62,000 nt of DNA from Chiloscyllium plagiosum (Eukaryota): the NCBI RefSeq assembly GCF_004010195.1, contig NC_057719.1:51963037-52025036 (forward strand), in the 5' to 3' direction. Positions 12,515 to 24,340 of this stretch are shown piece by piece; within the stretch, counting starts at the first letter, position 1; the number at the start of each line of letters is the position of its first letter. The position numbers and the translations under genes were made by a program. Under the pieces are notes generated by a model, which worked only from the letters and a program-made list of their open reading frames with translations, searched no databases and was not told the origin of the DNA.

Positions 12515-14096
12515 GTTGATGAGCATGATAATGAGACAAGTAGTCAGTGATGTTCTCTGCAAACATTGATTTTATTGAAAGTCAATTGGATGGAAGTTTC
12601 ATGTGAGAGGAGAAGAACATAAGAGATAGGAATAGATCATTCAGTCCCTCAGGTCTGCTGTACCATTTAACAAGATCAAGGTTGATCTACGCTAGACCTC
12701 AACTCCTCCTTTGTGCCAACTTATCAGAACCCTCTACATCCTGTCTAAATACTTTCATTAATCTAGCCTTCCAGTCAGTTAAGAAGTTTGTAGTAATAGT
12801 AATTGGAGAGGTGAAATGAGAAATGTCAAAGTGCGAGGATATTAGAATTGGAAAATATGTCTTCGACTTGTGTAAAGCAGTTAGATTGAATTAGAGAAAT
12901 TGTAGATACCACTACTTAGAATGTAATGTGAATATTTAGCAGTGAAAATGTTAATTGGAAGTTAAAAATCTGGCAGTGCCCAGTATGGGAGGATGGAAAC
13001 TGAATTATGGTGACAGACTACACTTCCCCTCATAAAGTGTTTTCAATTATTTAAGCATTGTTGATCATTTCGGGTAGCGAAACAATTGAAATCCATTGCC
13101 TCAGAATTCAGATAATAGTATCTTGCTCAATGTAAGAAATGTCCACGAGTGTGAGGCTCTTGCCTTTATAAAAAACATCATCAGAATGCTTCCATGTTGT
13201 CATGGTGTGATGCCTAAAGGGAAAGGCTGATACACCAAGATGTACCTGAATGCATGAATGTGGATTGCACTGGATGAGATGCTATCAATTTCCCCTTTAA
13301 CATTTTGAAATTTGTTCCAGTTTATCTGTTATGTATGATATGTGACTTTAGATTATTCTAAGGAACTATTCATCATATAATAATACAATACAGTGCACAA
13401 ACAGGCCCTCTAAGTATTTAAGTATAGGGTTTAACTATTATTTTAATAGATTCAGCTGAAATAAGTTGACTAACCTAGCATATTTAAATTATTGAAAAGT
13501 CTGGATTTGAATAAGATTGAAAAGTATAAATCTTTGTGTTCAGCTAATATGAACATAATAACTTACTGATTTTCCTCTGCATAGATGGCCTTGAAATATT
13601 TTTGAACAACCAGAATTATTGAGGGAATAGAATGAATAGATTATGAGCAGCAATTATGTAACTGTTCTCAGTGCAAAACGAAAGGTTGAGATTGCTGTTT
13701 ATACACTTCTAAAGGGACCAGATATGTCACTTTATATAGAACAGAAGAACCAGAGGGGATCAATTCAAGATAGGTTCCTGAGGGAGATACTTGAAGCAGT
13801 TTACATTGACTAGTTCAAATGTAAATTAGATACATTTCTTTCAGGAAATAAGATTTTGGTGTACTGTAGATTAATATTTAAAGCATAGCTTGCATTATCT
13901 GTAGGACGTGACCTTGGACCTTTGAATCCAAAGCTCTTCACTACTGGAGGTTTCATTGTTTCCTATCAGGATCTGTTGCAGAATAACTTATAGTAATTGA
14001 TCACTATGATTGTGTAACTCGCAGACTGTGAGAGGCTGATACTATATTGGCTGACAATTTTCATTTTCTGATATACTTCATTCATAATATAATTGA

Positions 14097-14357
14097 GTTA
14101 AAAATCACAACACCAGGTTATAGTCCAACAGGTCTAATTGGAAGCACACTAGCTTTCGGCTAAAGGGACCAGATATGTCACTTTATATAGAACAGAAGAA
14201 CCAGAGGGGATCAATTCAAGATAGGTTCCTGAGGGAACCTTCATCAGGAGCGTCGCTCCGAAAGCTAGTGTGCTTCCAATTAAACCTGTTGGACTATAAC
14301 CTGGTGTTGTGTGATTTTTAACTTTGTATACCCCAGTCCAACACCGGCATCTCCGAA
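14097..14357. mobile_element. Penelope-terminus hairpin (family B) with 77-bp captured flanking DNA in its loop
   Basis: Arms 14097-14159 and 14258-14322 are reverse complements; 15-bp TSD TCATAATATAATTGA (14082-14096 / 14358-14372); 14160-14236 duplicates 13709-13785. Confidence 0.88.
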
Positions 14358-14794
14358 TCATAATATAATTGAAATTGTCATTAATCAACTAGTAATTAGA
14401 ACATGCATGTATGTTGGGCTAGTGTTTTCAGTGAGGTTGAAAATTGTGATGGTAGAGATAGTTAATTCTGAATGTAATTTCATAGAGGGCAATATTAAAG
14501 TTGAAAAGTCTAAAGGCAGGCATTAAATATTCCAATATACCAGTTGTTAAATCTTTTCAACAATAACAGAATTTTTACTGCTTGAATTTTAAACCTAATC
14601 TTTGAGCAATAAATTTTGCTGCTGCTAAGGCACATTAACCATTACTTTCACATCTGAATGCCATTGGCAAGAAAATCTTTTCAAATCTAATAAAATTGTG
14701 ATTGCATTGATTTCAATTAGGAGCTACATTGTGATAATTATCTCCTAAATATTTTTGGCCACGGTAATGGCGAATCCATGCATTAATACAAAAA

Positions 14795-15690
14795 TATATT
14801 TTTCCATTCCTTCATGGAATGTAAGCTTTGCTCCTGGACCATCATTTGTTGTCCGTTCTAAGTTGTCCTTGAGAGGAAGGTGGTGAGCTGCCTTCTTGAA
14901 TCACTTCAGTTCATTTGGTTTAGGTATTTCCATTAGGGTCTAGACCCATGTCGTAAGGGACGGAATTCCAGGATTTTGGCTCAGTGACACCAAAGAAAAT
15001 GTTATATTCTTTCGAGTCAGGAAGGTGAGTGGCTTGGAGAGGAACTTGCAGGCGGTGGTGTTTCCACATATATCTGCTGCCCTTGTCCTCTGAGTGACTG
15101 ATAGAGTTCCATCAACAACAACCCATCTTCCTTTGTGCAGGTTATAAATTCAACCAGTGATGAGGTTTTTTTCCGATTCTTCTCGACTCTAATTTTACAA
15201 GGGCTCTTTGATTCCACACTTGATCAAATGTAACAACGATGTCAAGGGCAATCACTCTCACCTCACCACTGCAATTCAGCTCTTTTGTCCTTGGCTGCAC
15301 CAAGACTGTAATTATGTCAGGGCTGAATGGCTCTGATAGAACCCAAATTGAGCCTCATTAAGCAGGTTATTGCTTAGCCAGTGTTTCTTGATTGCACTGT
15401 TGGTGACATTTTCCATCACTTTATGGATATTGGAGAGTAGAGATTGAGTGGTATATAGCCAGCTTGGATATGTTATGATTTTTACTTGGGCAATTTTCCA
15501 CATTGCTTGGTTGATGTTAGTGTTGTGGTAATACTGGGAAAGTTTTAGCTAGGACCATAGTAAGTTTTGGAGGACAATTCTTCAGTACTATTATTAGAAT
15601 GCTGTTAGGTCCCATTGCCTTTGCAATATCAAGGGAATTGATCTATTTCCTGACTTGGAATAAATCAACATCTGTGGTGCATGGGACCTC
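14795..15690 (-). mobile_element. LINE fragments of second family (CR1/L2 group RT)
   Basis: ORF 15312-15503 MWKIAQV...LLSNIHKVMENVTNSAIKKHWLSNNLLNEAQFGFYQSHSA (RT domain); 3' tail at ~14795. Confidence 0.8.
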
Positions 15691-16461
15691 TAGATATGTT
15701 TTAGGTGAGGCATGAATTCCAGCTAGACAGCCTCCTGCTAGACAAGGTACTTGCTTAATTCAAGCACTTAAGTGCATGAAATAACGAACTGTAGTGAGGG
15801 AGGAGGTCTGTTGAAAAGCACAAAATATGGTCTAAGAGAGAGTGTGAAACACCCAGGAGTGAGAGCTGAGAGCGTTAATTAATAACTTGTGATTGAGGGT
15901 TTTAAAGTTTCCTTTTCTCCCTGATGAGATATGTGGGGGTGTGCAGTAGTTTAGACTGGTGAGATGTAAGTGCCAAATTCAATTTCTAACCTAATTAGCT
16001 AAATTATTTTATATAGCTACAAACAATCATTTTAACTTGATGTCCAAATTAAACAAAATGAAAGCGAGATGCAGAGCAGGTAAAGTACTGTAATTATCGC
16101 ATCTAGGTGTTATCATCCCAGTTGATGTTATTACGAGAAATGTCAAGTCCCAGTTAGGAAATTGGCTTCATAGACCATATTTTGATTTGTTTTAGTTTGA
16201 ATGAAGTGGTCTCTTGCTGATTTATAAGCACAACATAATGCAGATTTTGCTTGAACAATAAACCAGAAGTTTATTAAGAAACAAAATGAAGATAAGAGAA
16301 TAAACCAAACTCTCTACTTACAACTCAATCAAATTATAATCTCATTAATCCCAAAGACACTCCCTTAAAAATAACAAAAACATGCCTCATTTTTATAATC
16401 TCTCCTCAAACTTAACCCCTGAAGCCCAGGTATTATTTTTGTAAATCTAGATTGGATTTCC

Positions 16462-16886
16462 TAGGCTTCTCAGCTATGAAGAGAGGTTGAATAGATTAGG
16501 ATTATTTTCATTAGAAAGATGAGGTTGAGGGGGGACCTGATTGAGGTCTACAAAATCATGAGAGGTATAGACAGGATGGATAGCAAGAAGCTTTTTCCCA
16601 GAGTCGGGGACTCAATTACTAGTTGCCACGAGTTCAAAGTGAGAGGGGAAAAGTTTAAGGGAGATATGTGTGGAGGATGGTGGGTGCCTTGAATGTTTTG
16701 CCAGTGGAGGTGGGAGAGGCAGGCACAGTAGCATCCATTTAAGATACACGAATGGACAGGGAGCAGAGGGATACAAATCCTTACATAATAGGCGACAGGT
16801 TTAGATAGATGATCTGGATCAGCGCAAGCTGGAGGGCTAAAGGGCCTATTCTTGTGCTGTGCTGTGATTTTCTTTGTTCTTTGTTC
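16462..16886 (+). mobile_element. CR1 3' fragment
   Basis: AGCTATGAAGAGAGGTTG...GGGGACCTGATTGAGGTCTACAAAATC; ends in TTCTTTG repeats. Confidence 0.85.
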
Positions 16887-17680
16887 CTCCAGGGCCAATA
16901 AATCCTGCATAAGGTATGGCATCCAAATCTACACCAGTCCTCCAGATCTAAAGGCCAGCATTCCATCAGCTTTCTTCATTTTCTTCTGTACCTGTCCTTG
17001 ACATTTTAAAGATCTGTGCACCTGAACCACTAAGTCTGTTTGGATATCCACTCTATTTAATTTAACACCATGTAGAAAGTACCCAGATCTACCTTTTCTT
17101 GATTAAAAATGGATAACTTCACACTTGCCCATTCACTTGATCTATCAATATCCTTTTGTAATTTTGTGCTATCATCTATACTATATATAATGCTGTCTAA
17201 CTTTGTGTAATGAGCAAATATGGATATATGACTTTCTATGCTATTATACAAGTCATTAATAAACAATGTGAATGTTTGAGGCCCCTAACACAGACCTTTG
17301 TGGGACACCTCTGGTCACATCTTGCCAATTTCAGTACCTACCCATTATCCCTAATTTCTGACATCTGTCACTTGGCCAAGTTTGCATCCATGTCAGTAAT
17401 TTGCCAACAATTCTGTGGTCTTCTACCATGATTAACAGTCTCCTACGTAGGACTTTCTCAAAGGCCTTGTGGAAGTCCATATAAAAATGTCCATAGGCAT
17501 TCTCATCCCCTACATTAGTCACCTCTTTCAATACATTCATTGTAGTTTGTCATGCATGACCTAGCTATCATAAATACATGCTGGCTCTCCCTGGTTAACT
17601 GAACATTTTTGGGGTGTTCAGTTAGCCCCATCCTTGACTATAGACTCCAACAATCACCCCACCACGATGTGGGCTAACTG
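16887..17680 (-). mobile_element. CR1 RT fragment
   Basis: ORFs 17331-17540 (YMDFHKAFEKV) and 17057-17266 (FINDL...ISIFAHYTKL...LQKDIDR). Confidence 0.85.
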
Positions 17681-17719
17681 GGATTTAATACTCTGATTTA
17701 CTTCCTTCACCTTTCTTTG

Positions 17720-19378
17720 GATTTCATCACATATTATGATAATTCACTGGTGTTTTCTAAATTAGACCTATATGGATAATAAAAGATTGACATAGAGATA
17801 TGGACTATGGTCATTTCTCTGACCAAGATAGGGCTTTGGCTTTCATCATTACCAGGGAGCAGTAAAATTAGAAATGAAGTATTTTTGGAACTCAGTGTAA
17901 CAGACCTGGACACCAGAGATTTGTGGACTGAATTTACAAAATAAAAGACTTATTGGAGGTCTATGAGGTGCGATAAATTTAATATGATGGACAATCAGTC
18001 CATTGAAGAATATATTATGGAGTTTGTGAGGTTATATATTATGGAGTTTGTGAGGTTATAAAAGATAGACAAAATGAAAGGGGTCTAGATGCAGGTACAT
18101 GTATAAGGATGGAATTACGGGAAGATATTTTGTGGGAGGGTGAATCTTTTAACAGATTTCCAAATCCAGGGAAAATGCCAGATTGGAGTATTGTTGACAA
18201 GTGAATCCCAGAAATCCATGGGGAATAATATATATATAGATATTACCAGTGCAACACTAAATATCATGGAATTGTCCAAGAATAATGAGTCAAGTATTTG
18301 ATACAACTCATGGAAGAGGTGTTCTGAAGGTTAATATGATAATGACAATCTTCAAGAAAATATTGTTAGTGTCTAAAGACTTAAGTTGGCTCGTGAATAT
18401 GTAGTTGCTGATCATTCAACTGTGTCATACTTAATCATGGCTGCATCACAACAATGTGTGATGTTGATTAGTTATTTGGAAACTTGAGGCAATGCAGACA
18501 AAAATAGGATCAAAGCATAAAAAAGCTGTACCTGCTTTCAATTTGAATATGATTATTCATTACCAACTTTAAAGAGAGTGGCTCTCCCTAGTGAAATAAC
18601 AAGACCTGCATGATTTCCTAAATACTAATGTTATCCAGAATGATATTCCATTATTACTGGGTAAGTCTTTGAAAAAAGCAAAAATGTGTTTGGACATGAA
18701 GAGTGATGAAGCATTAGTATTTGTTAAAACTGTAGGCTTTCAATTTGTGGGATCTAGACATTATTGTATTCCATTGAAGAAACCCAGAGTTTCTCATCAA
18801 GAGGATCTTCAAGTACTATTGACCTCCGGATGGGAGTCTGGCTGATAATAAAATGATTAAATGCAAATTTTATAAATAATTTGTTCATACCCTCACAAAA
18901 TGAAGTTGCTGATAAAAATATGAATCCTTGTAGAACTGATCATATCAATGTGATATCTGTATTAAATATTGTAAGACAATACCTCACCTGGTTGTAAGTG
19001 TGTTTTTAGTCAGGGAATTTATTGAAAGTGTAGCCATGGTACTGAAGATAAGAGATAAAGATTGGAAGTCTATCAATTAAATTTTGTAGATACTGAGATC
19101 AAGATTAGCATATATAAAATGATAAATGTTAAGGACAAATGGACTATATTAGACAAAGTATTTGGAAAAGTGGATCAGAGTAGACTGTCACTAAAAATCA
19201 TTAATTAATGAAAGAGCTGAATTTGTGAATTATGAATTTTGGAATGTGTGTGAGTACATAAATTTTATACTAATAAATTCTGCTGCAGAACATCTTAGCA
19301 GCAGTGGCTTATGTCAAGTAAACCATGCAATAATTGCTGAGATGTTGCACCAGATATTGGCAGAGCAACCAAACTACT
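17720..19378 (+). mobile_element. Relic LTR retrotransposon with gag-protease-integrase order (Ty1/Copia-type, GalEa-like)
   Basis: Degenerate motifs in order: SIEEYIMEF (gag), Zn-knuckle-like YQCNTKYH, protease FNCVILNHGCITTMC (~18416-18460) and NDIPLLLGK..LKKAKMCLD, integrase CDICIKY...VAMVLK and SAAEHLSSSGLCQVNHAIIAEML. No RT lies between PR and IN. Confidence 0.7.
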
Positions 19379-21349
19379 TTACAAGCAACACATTCAAAAA
19401 ATTCCATGGCTTCTGAAATATTTTCTTGAGGTTCGTTGTTATTATATTGACCTTCAGAATCATCTATTTTACTTGTTTCAAAAACTCGACTCGTTATGCT
19501 TGGAGAATTCCCTTATAATATTTGAAAGTCTTTTGATGCTTAAGTTAACATATCAGTATCATTTTAAGAATCACAATGAACTCTATAGTTACAATGGTAT
19601 GAGTGGAAAAGCTTAAAAAAAGTATCTAACTTACCTTCAAGAGAAAAACTGTCGTTAAAAATATCAAATCTAGAGCTTTAAAATATCAAGAGCAGAAACC
19701 AGCAGCATTTGACTTTTAATATTATGGAAATAAATAACGTTCCATTGAAAAATAGACCTAACAAGCTAAAAGCAATATTTTATCTTTTGTGTGCCTATTT
19801 CAACACGTCAATGGATGTCTGGGCTTTCAGCCAAGCCATAAGAAGGAATTCATTCTAAGGGAGTCTGAGCAACTAGTGACTAATTTAAAAATAAAATCAT
19901 TCCTGCATCACCAACAAATTGTCATTGGATAAGGCATATCAGTTGATGAAAGTTTGGTGTACCACGACTAATAGCGGGCAAAATAGGATTTGGAGAACCT
20001 TTATGTGAATGGTGTAGTTAATTAGTTTAGTTATTGGAATTAATATCCTGGGTAATTGTATAACTTGAGCTGTTGAAGGCTTTTCCTGCTGCTGAATGAA
20101 AGTGATTGACTCAAGGCATTTAAATGGTACCCTGTATGTGATACTTCCACATTGAACAATGATAAGATGCTGGGATTCAGTGGATGATGGCAAAAAGTGC
20201 AGCAGTGATTTAGACATGTTTGAAGGATGTACTGTGGCTAAGGACAGCTAATGAATGCGTCTTAGTGCTTAAATAGTGATAGCTGCAGGAGTTTGCAGTT
20301 GTATGAGCAATGAAATATCAACCACTCACCTATGTGTTCGACGGAGTATTGTTTTGCAGTTGTTGTCTCACTACATGCATTGTGAAGGGCAGTGCTTGAT
20401 CTACTGCATGGCTGGGCTTAAAAGATGGCATCAGCATCAGGAGTCCCTGGATATCCCAACATTGAGTGGGAGAATCAGACAAGCTGGGTGTCATATAGAG
20501 GAGTTGTATATAGTTGATAATGCAAGACTGGGGCAATACCGCGGGCAAACCTACTTTGCTTCACAGAGCTCCTTTGTTTTTCTCAGTCTTCAGAATTTAA
20601 TACAAATTTTACATATATACTGTTTTCTTTCTTTATAGCTTAAGAATATGTCTAAATAATTTGTAACCTTCAAGGTGACATTCATACCAATTCAGAACTA
20701 TCATTATTCATGTAATTTACTTGAATGTAAATCTTTTAGTATTATCTTAGTAATCAATCAAATGATTTTTCTGCATAGGAAATCCAATTATTTTCAAATA
20801 CATAAAATCTATGGATCTGAAGCATATAATTTTCCATGGTTCAACAAAAAAAATTGACAAACCTGGCTTATAATGGACTTTTGTTGTTATATTGGACTGT
20901 AGTTGCTTCATCAGTGTATCATCAATCAAACAACAAAGTGATTCAATGAATCACTTCTAGCTGTTCTAGTCTTGAATATAGAACCATTTCTTCTATTCCG
21001 TTGTTACAGTATTGAACACAACACACAATTTCCTTTGTAGAGCACAAGGCACTTTGTAGTTGTCTTAATATTTGTGATGTATGTTTGTGTTCATCCTCAT
21101 CAAAAGGGTAATACTGGAAAGTGATGGTAATTTGTGCTTTACAACAAATTCCAAGGCAATCTTTGAGTTATAAGCAGTGCAATCTCTCCACATTGCTCGA
21201 GCAGTATCCTATGAAGGCCACCTCTGCTTCAGTAATATTTCATTCACAAAATGTCCAGTCTCATGGTTTATGCAAAACAAATGATAAATTTGATAGACAC
21301 TTTGCTGAGACATCATGATCCTTAATGGCCGTTTCTAATCCTTAAACCT

Positions 21350-22282
21350 TATTTGATTGTGAAATGATATTTGCATTGGTAATGTTCTGAATTGGATTTT
21401 AATTATTATTTGTTAAGACACTGCATAAGACTCATTGATATAATTAAAACAAATGGGACTGTTATTTCAAATATTGACAATGTATTCAGATGGTTCTGAG
21501 GTATTCTAGGTGGGGTGTTGAACTGCAAATCCAGTTTAGACTGTGCTTGGTATAAGATGGATAGTAGTAAAGAAATTGAAGTGTTAGAAATATCGACCCA
21601 GAGGCCACTACCTGAAAGCTCGTTAAGGGATTGATTACAACTTAAAGTGTTGCAACTGTTCAGGATAGATGCTGCATTTTGTTAGTTATCATTTGTTCAA
21701 CTGCCCTTTAACAGTGACCAGTGATTTGAGAGTAAGCAAGGGTTGATTTAGATTCCAAGTGTTACTTAAATGGATACTCTCAATCTCATATTCAGCCATT
21801 GCTGGACTTAAGCGTTCTTGAGAATCTTTGAGACACTTATTCAAAATCTCATGAAAGCCTGAGCAATAACAATTTCAGATATTCTCAGAGGATCTCACCT
21901 AAAACGAGTAGGTGCTGAGCTACTCCACATTATTAATGAATTTTATAGGCGTCACAAAGTCAAAGGACATACTTGATCATTGGCATCTTACTAGGGAGGG
22001 GCCTTGGTCTTTGCAAGAAAAGTAGAAAGAGGACATAAATCCAGACAGATCAGTTCCAGAGCACTTAGGTGAGATAAAACTGCAAACATTTTGCAGGGGT
22101 CTAGGATATTCTGCCACGTCCGGGTTTCGTCCACTAAGTCTTACAATAGTACACTTGAGAACCTGTGTACCCTTCCCCTTAGTCATTGTGAAACCTGCAG
22201 TTACGTGCCAGCCAGGGAAATCCGTACCTTCAGTGGGAGTAGGCTTGAGAAACCCACATTGATAGTTCAATGAAAATTGTAT
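21350..22282 (-). pseudogene. Mab-21 / cGAS-like receptor (cGLR) nucleotidyltransferase domain, pseudogenised
   Basis: One frame from an AG at 22283-22284 to ~21690 with 4 in-frame stops: ...EGTDFPGW...FISPK...QGPSLVRCQ*SSMSFDFVTPIKF...SGFHEILNK...ERLSPAMAEYEI...QPLLTLKSLV; then shifted frames give HFKL and SLMQCLNK. Order and spacing match the Mab-21 motifs GPAV, xDLVPAI, GFHLVPK, WRLSFSxAE and LxLLK. Recognised by eye. Confidence 0.65.
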
Positions 22283-22483
22283 CTAATTAACACATTGAGC
22301 ACAACAGCTTTGAAGTGTCTGTTTAGTACTTCCAGTCAAGTTCAAATTATGGCAATCAATAATTAGAATCAAAACTGCTACTAAATCCAGACTTTCAAAT
22401 CAATGCGTCTCATTAATAGAAGAATTATTTAACATTTGATCCCCGTGATATAGGGAGGGAGGCAAAACAAGTAGGATGTAATA

Positions 22484-23465
22484 GAGTCATACAGTAAGGA
22501 AACAGACCCTTTGGCCCAACTCATCCATGCCAACCAAGTCTCCCAAAATAAACTAGACCCACTTGCTTGCATTTGGCCCATGTCCCTCTAAACCTTTCCT
22601 AGTCATTTACCTGACCACATGTCTTTTAAATGTGGTGACTATACCTGCATCTATCACTTCCTCTCTTCATTCCATACACGAACCACTCTCTGTGAGGAAA
22701 AGTTGTCCCTCCAGACTGTTTTAAATGTTTCTCCTCTCACTTCAAAAATATGTCCCCGAGTTTTGAACTCCCCCACCTGAGGGACAAGCCATTTGCTATT
22801 TACCTCCCATGATTTTATAAACCTCTATAAGGTCACTCCTCTACCTCCTACACTCCAGTGAAAAAAACGTCCCAGACTAAACAAGCTCTCCTGATAACTC
22901 AAGCCCTCCAGTCCTAACAACCGGTATATCTTTTCTGAACCCTCTCCAATTTAATAAAATCCTTCCTATAGCAGACTGACCAGAACTGTACACAGTACTC
23001 CAAAAGTAGCCTCACCAACATCCTGTACAGCCTCAACATGATGTTTCAACCCTTATACTCAATGGTTGGATTAATGAAGGCAAGTGTGCCAAACACCACT
23101 TTAACCACACTACTTGTAATACAAATTTCAAAGAACTGTGTATCTGAACCCCTTGGTCTCTCTGTTTGACAAAACTACCCAGGGAGAAAGTGAAGACTGC
23201 ACATGCTGGAGATCAGAGTCGACAAGGAATCCTGATGAAGGGCTTATGGCCGAAATATTAAATTTCCTGCTCCTCAGACGCTGCCAGACCTGCTGTGCTT
23301 TTCCAGCCCCACACTTCAATACTACCCAGGGTCCTACTATTGACTGCGTAAGTCCTGCCCTTGTTCATTTTTCCAAAACGTAATACCTCCCATTTATCCA
23401 ATTTAAACTCCATCTGCCACTCCTCAGCCCATTTGCTCAATTGATCAAGATCCCTTTGTAATAGT
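22484..23465 (-). mobile_element. CR1 3' portion interrupted by a Penelope-terminus insertion
   Basis: LQRDLDQLSKWAEEWQMEF...VLRFGKMN in ORF 23258-23563; CR1 3' UTR near 22490. Confidence 0.88.
23185..23320. mobile_element. Short Penelope-terminus insertion with hammerhead core
   Basis: 11-bp TSD ACTACCCAGGG (23174-23184 / 23321-23331); GGAATC-CTGATGA(23232-23238)-AGGGCTTATGGCC-GAAA(23252-23255). Confidence 0.85.
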
Positions 23466-23479
23466 TCAGATTTTTGCAT

Positions 23480-24340
23480 GAATGAATGTCTCAATTGTTC
23501 ACATTCGTTATTAATGACTTGGATAATGGCATAGAAAGTCATATATCCAAATTTGCTCATCATACATAGTTAGAGAGCATTATTGATAGTATCGATGATA
23601 GCACAAAATTACAAAGGGATATTGGTAGACTAAGTGAATGGGAAAAATTTGACAAATAGAGTTTAGTTAAATGAAGTATGGATAGATGAATTTTGGATAG
23701 ATCAAGGTACTTTATTGATGGTATGAACTTAAATACCATGGATGTCCAAAGAAACTGGCGTGGGGTTGGGGGTGATCGGGTGCATAGATCTTGAAAATGT
23801 CTTGGCTTTTCTTTCTGGAGGACTGCAATACAAGGATACAGAGAAAGACCATATTTGGAGTACTGTGCTTAGATCTGGGCATCATATTTTAGAAACATAC
23901 ATTGACCTTGGAAGGTGAACATTGTAAGATACCTGGAATTCAGGGATTAAGTTATGAGGAAAGATTATACAATTGGGCCTTTTTTTATCACTCTTAGAAG
24001 GTTAAGGAGTGATCTGATCAAATTTTTCAAGTTCTTAACTGGAAAAGACAAGGTTGGTAAAGATAAACAATTTCCACTGGTTGTACATTATAGAACTAGG
24101 GGACATTCTCTGAGAATTTAGGGCCCAATCTTTCAGGAGAAATGTTAAGAAGCACTTCTACACACAAAGGGCAATACTTGCTTCCAGAAATTGAAGTGGA
24201 TGTGAATCAGTAAATGTTTTAAAATCTGAGATAGATCATTTTTTGTGAAACATAGGCAATAAGGGATATATTGAATTTGGCTACAGATCAGCCATGGTCT
24301 CATTGTATGTTGGAACAGGCTTGACGGGCTGAATAACCTC
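23480..24340 (+). mobile_element. CR1 RT C-terminus + 3' UTR, older subfamily, head-to-head with previous copy
   Basis: 23490-23650 resembles the reverse complement of 17130-17280; GGATTAAGTTATGAGGAAAGATTA etc. Confidence 0.8.

Noticed and set aside
18011..18060. 24-bp tandem repeat as a CRISPR-like or functional array
   Set aside because: Only two units with no spacer; a simple slippage duplication in a dead retrotransposon.
21977..22120. PKD1-type REJ domain reading of PLQNVCSFISPKCSGTDL
   Set aside because: The downstream in-frame motifs fit Mab-21 far better; the REJ similarity is limited to a few residues.
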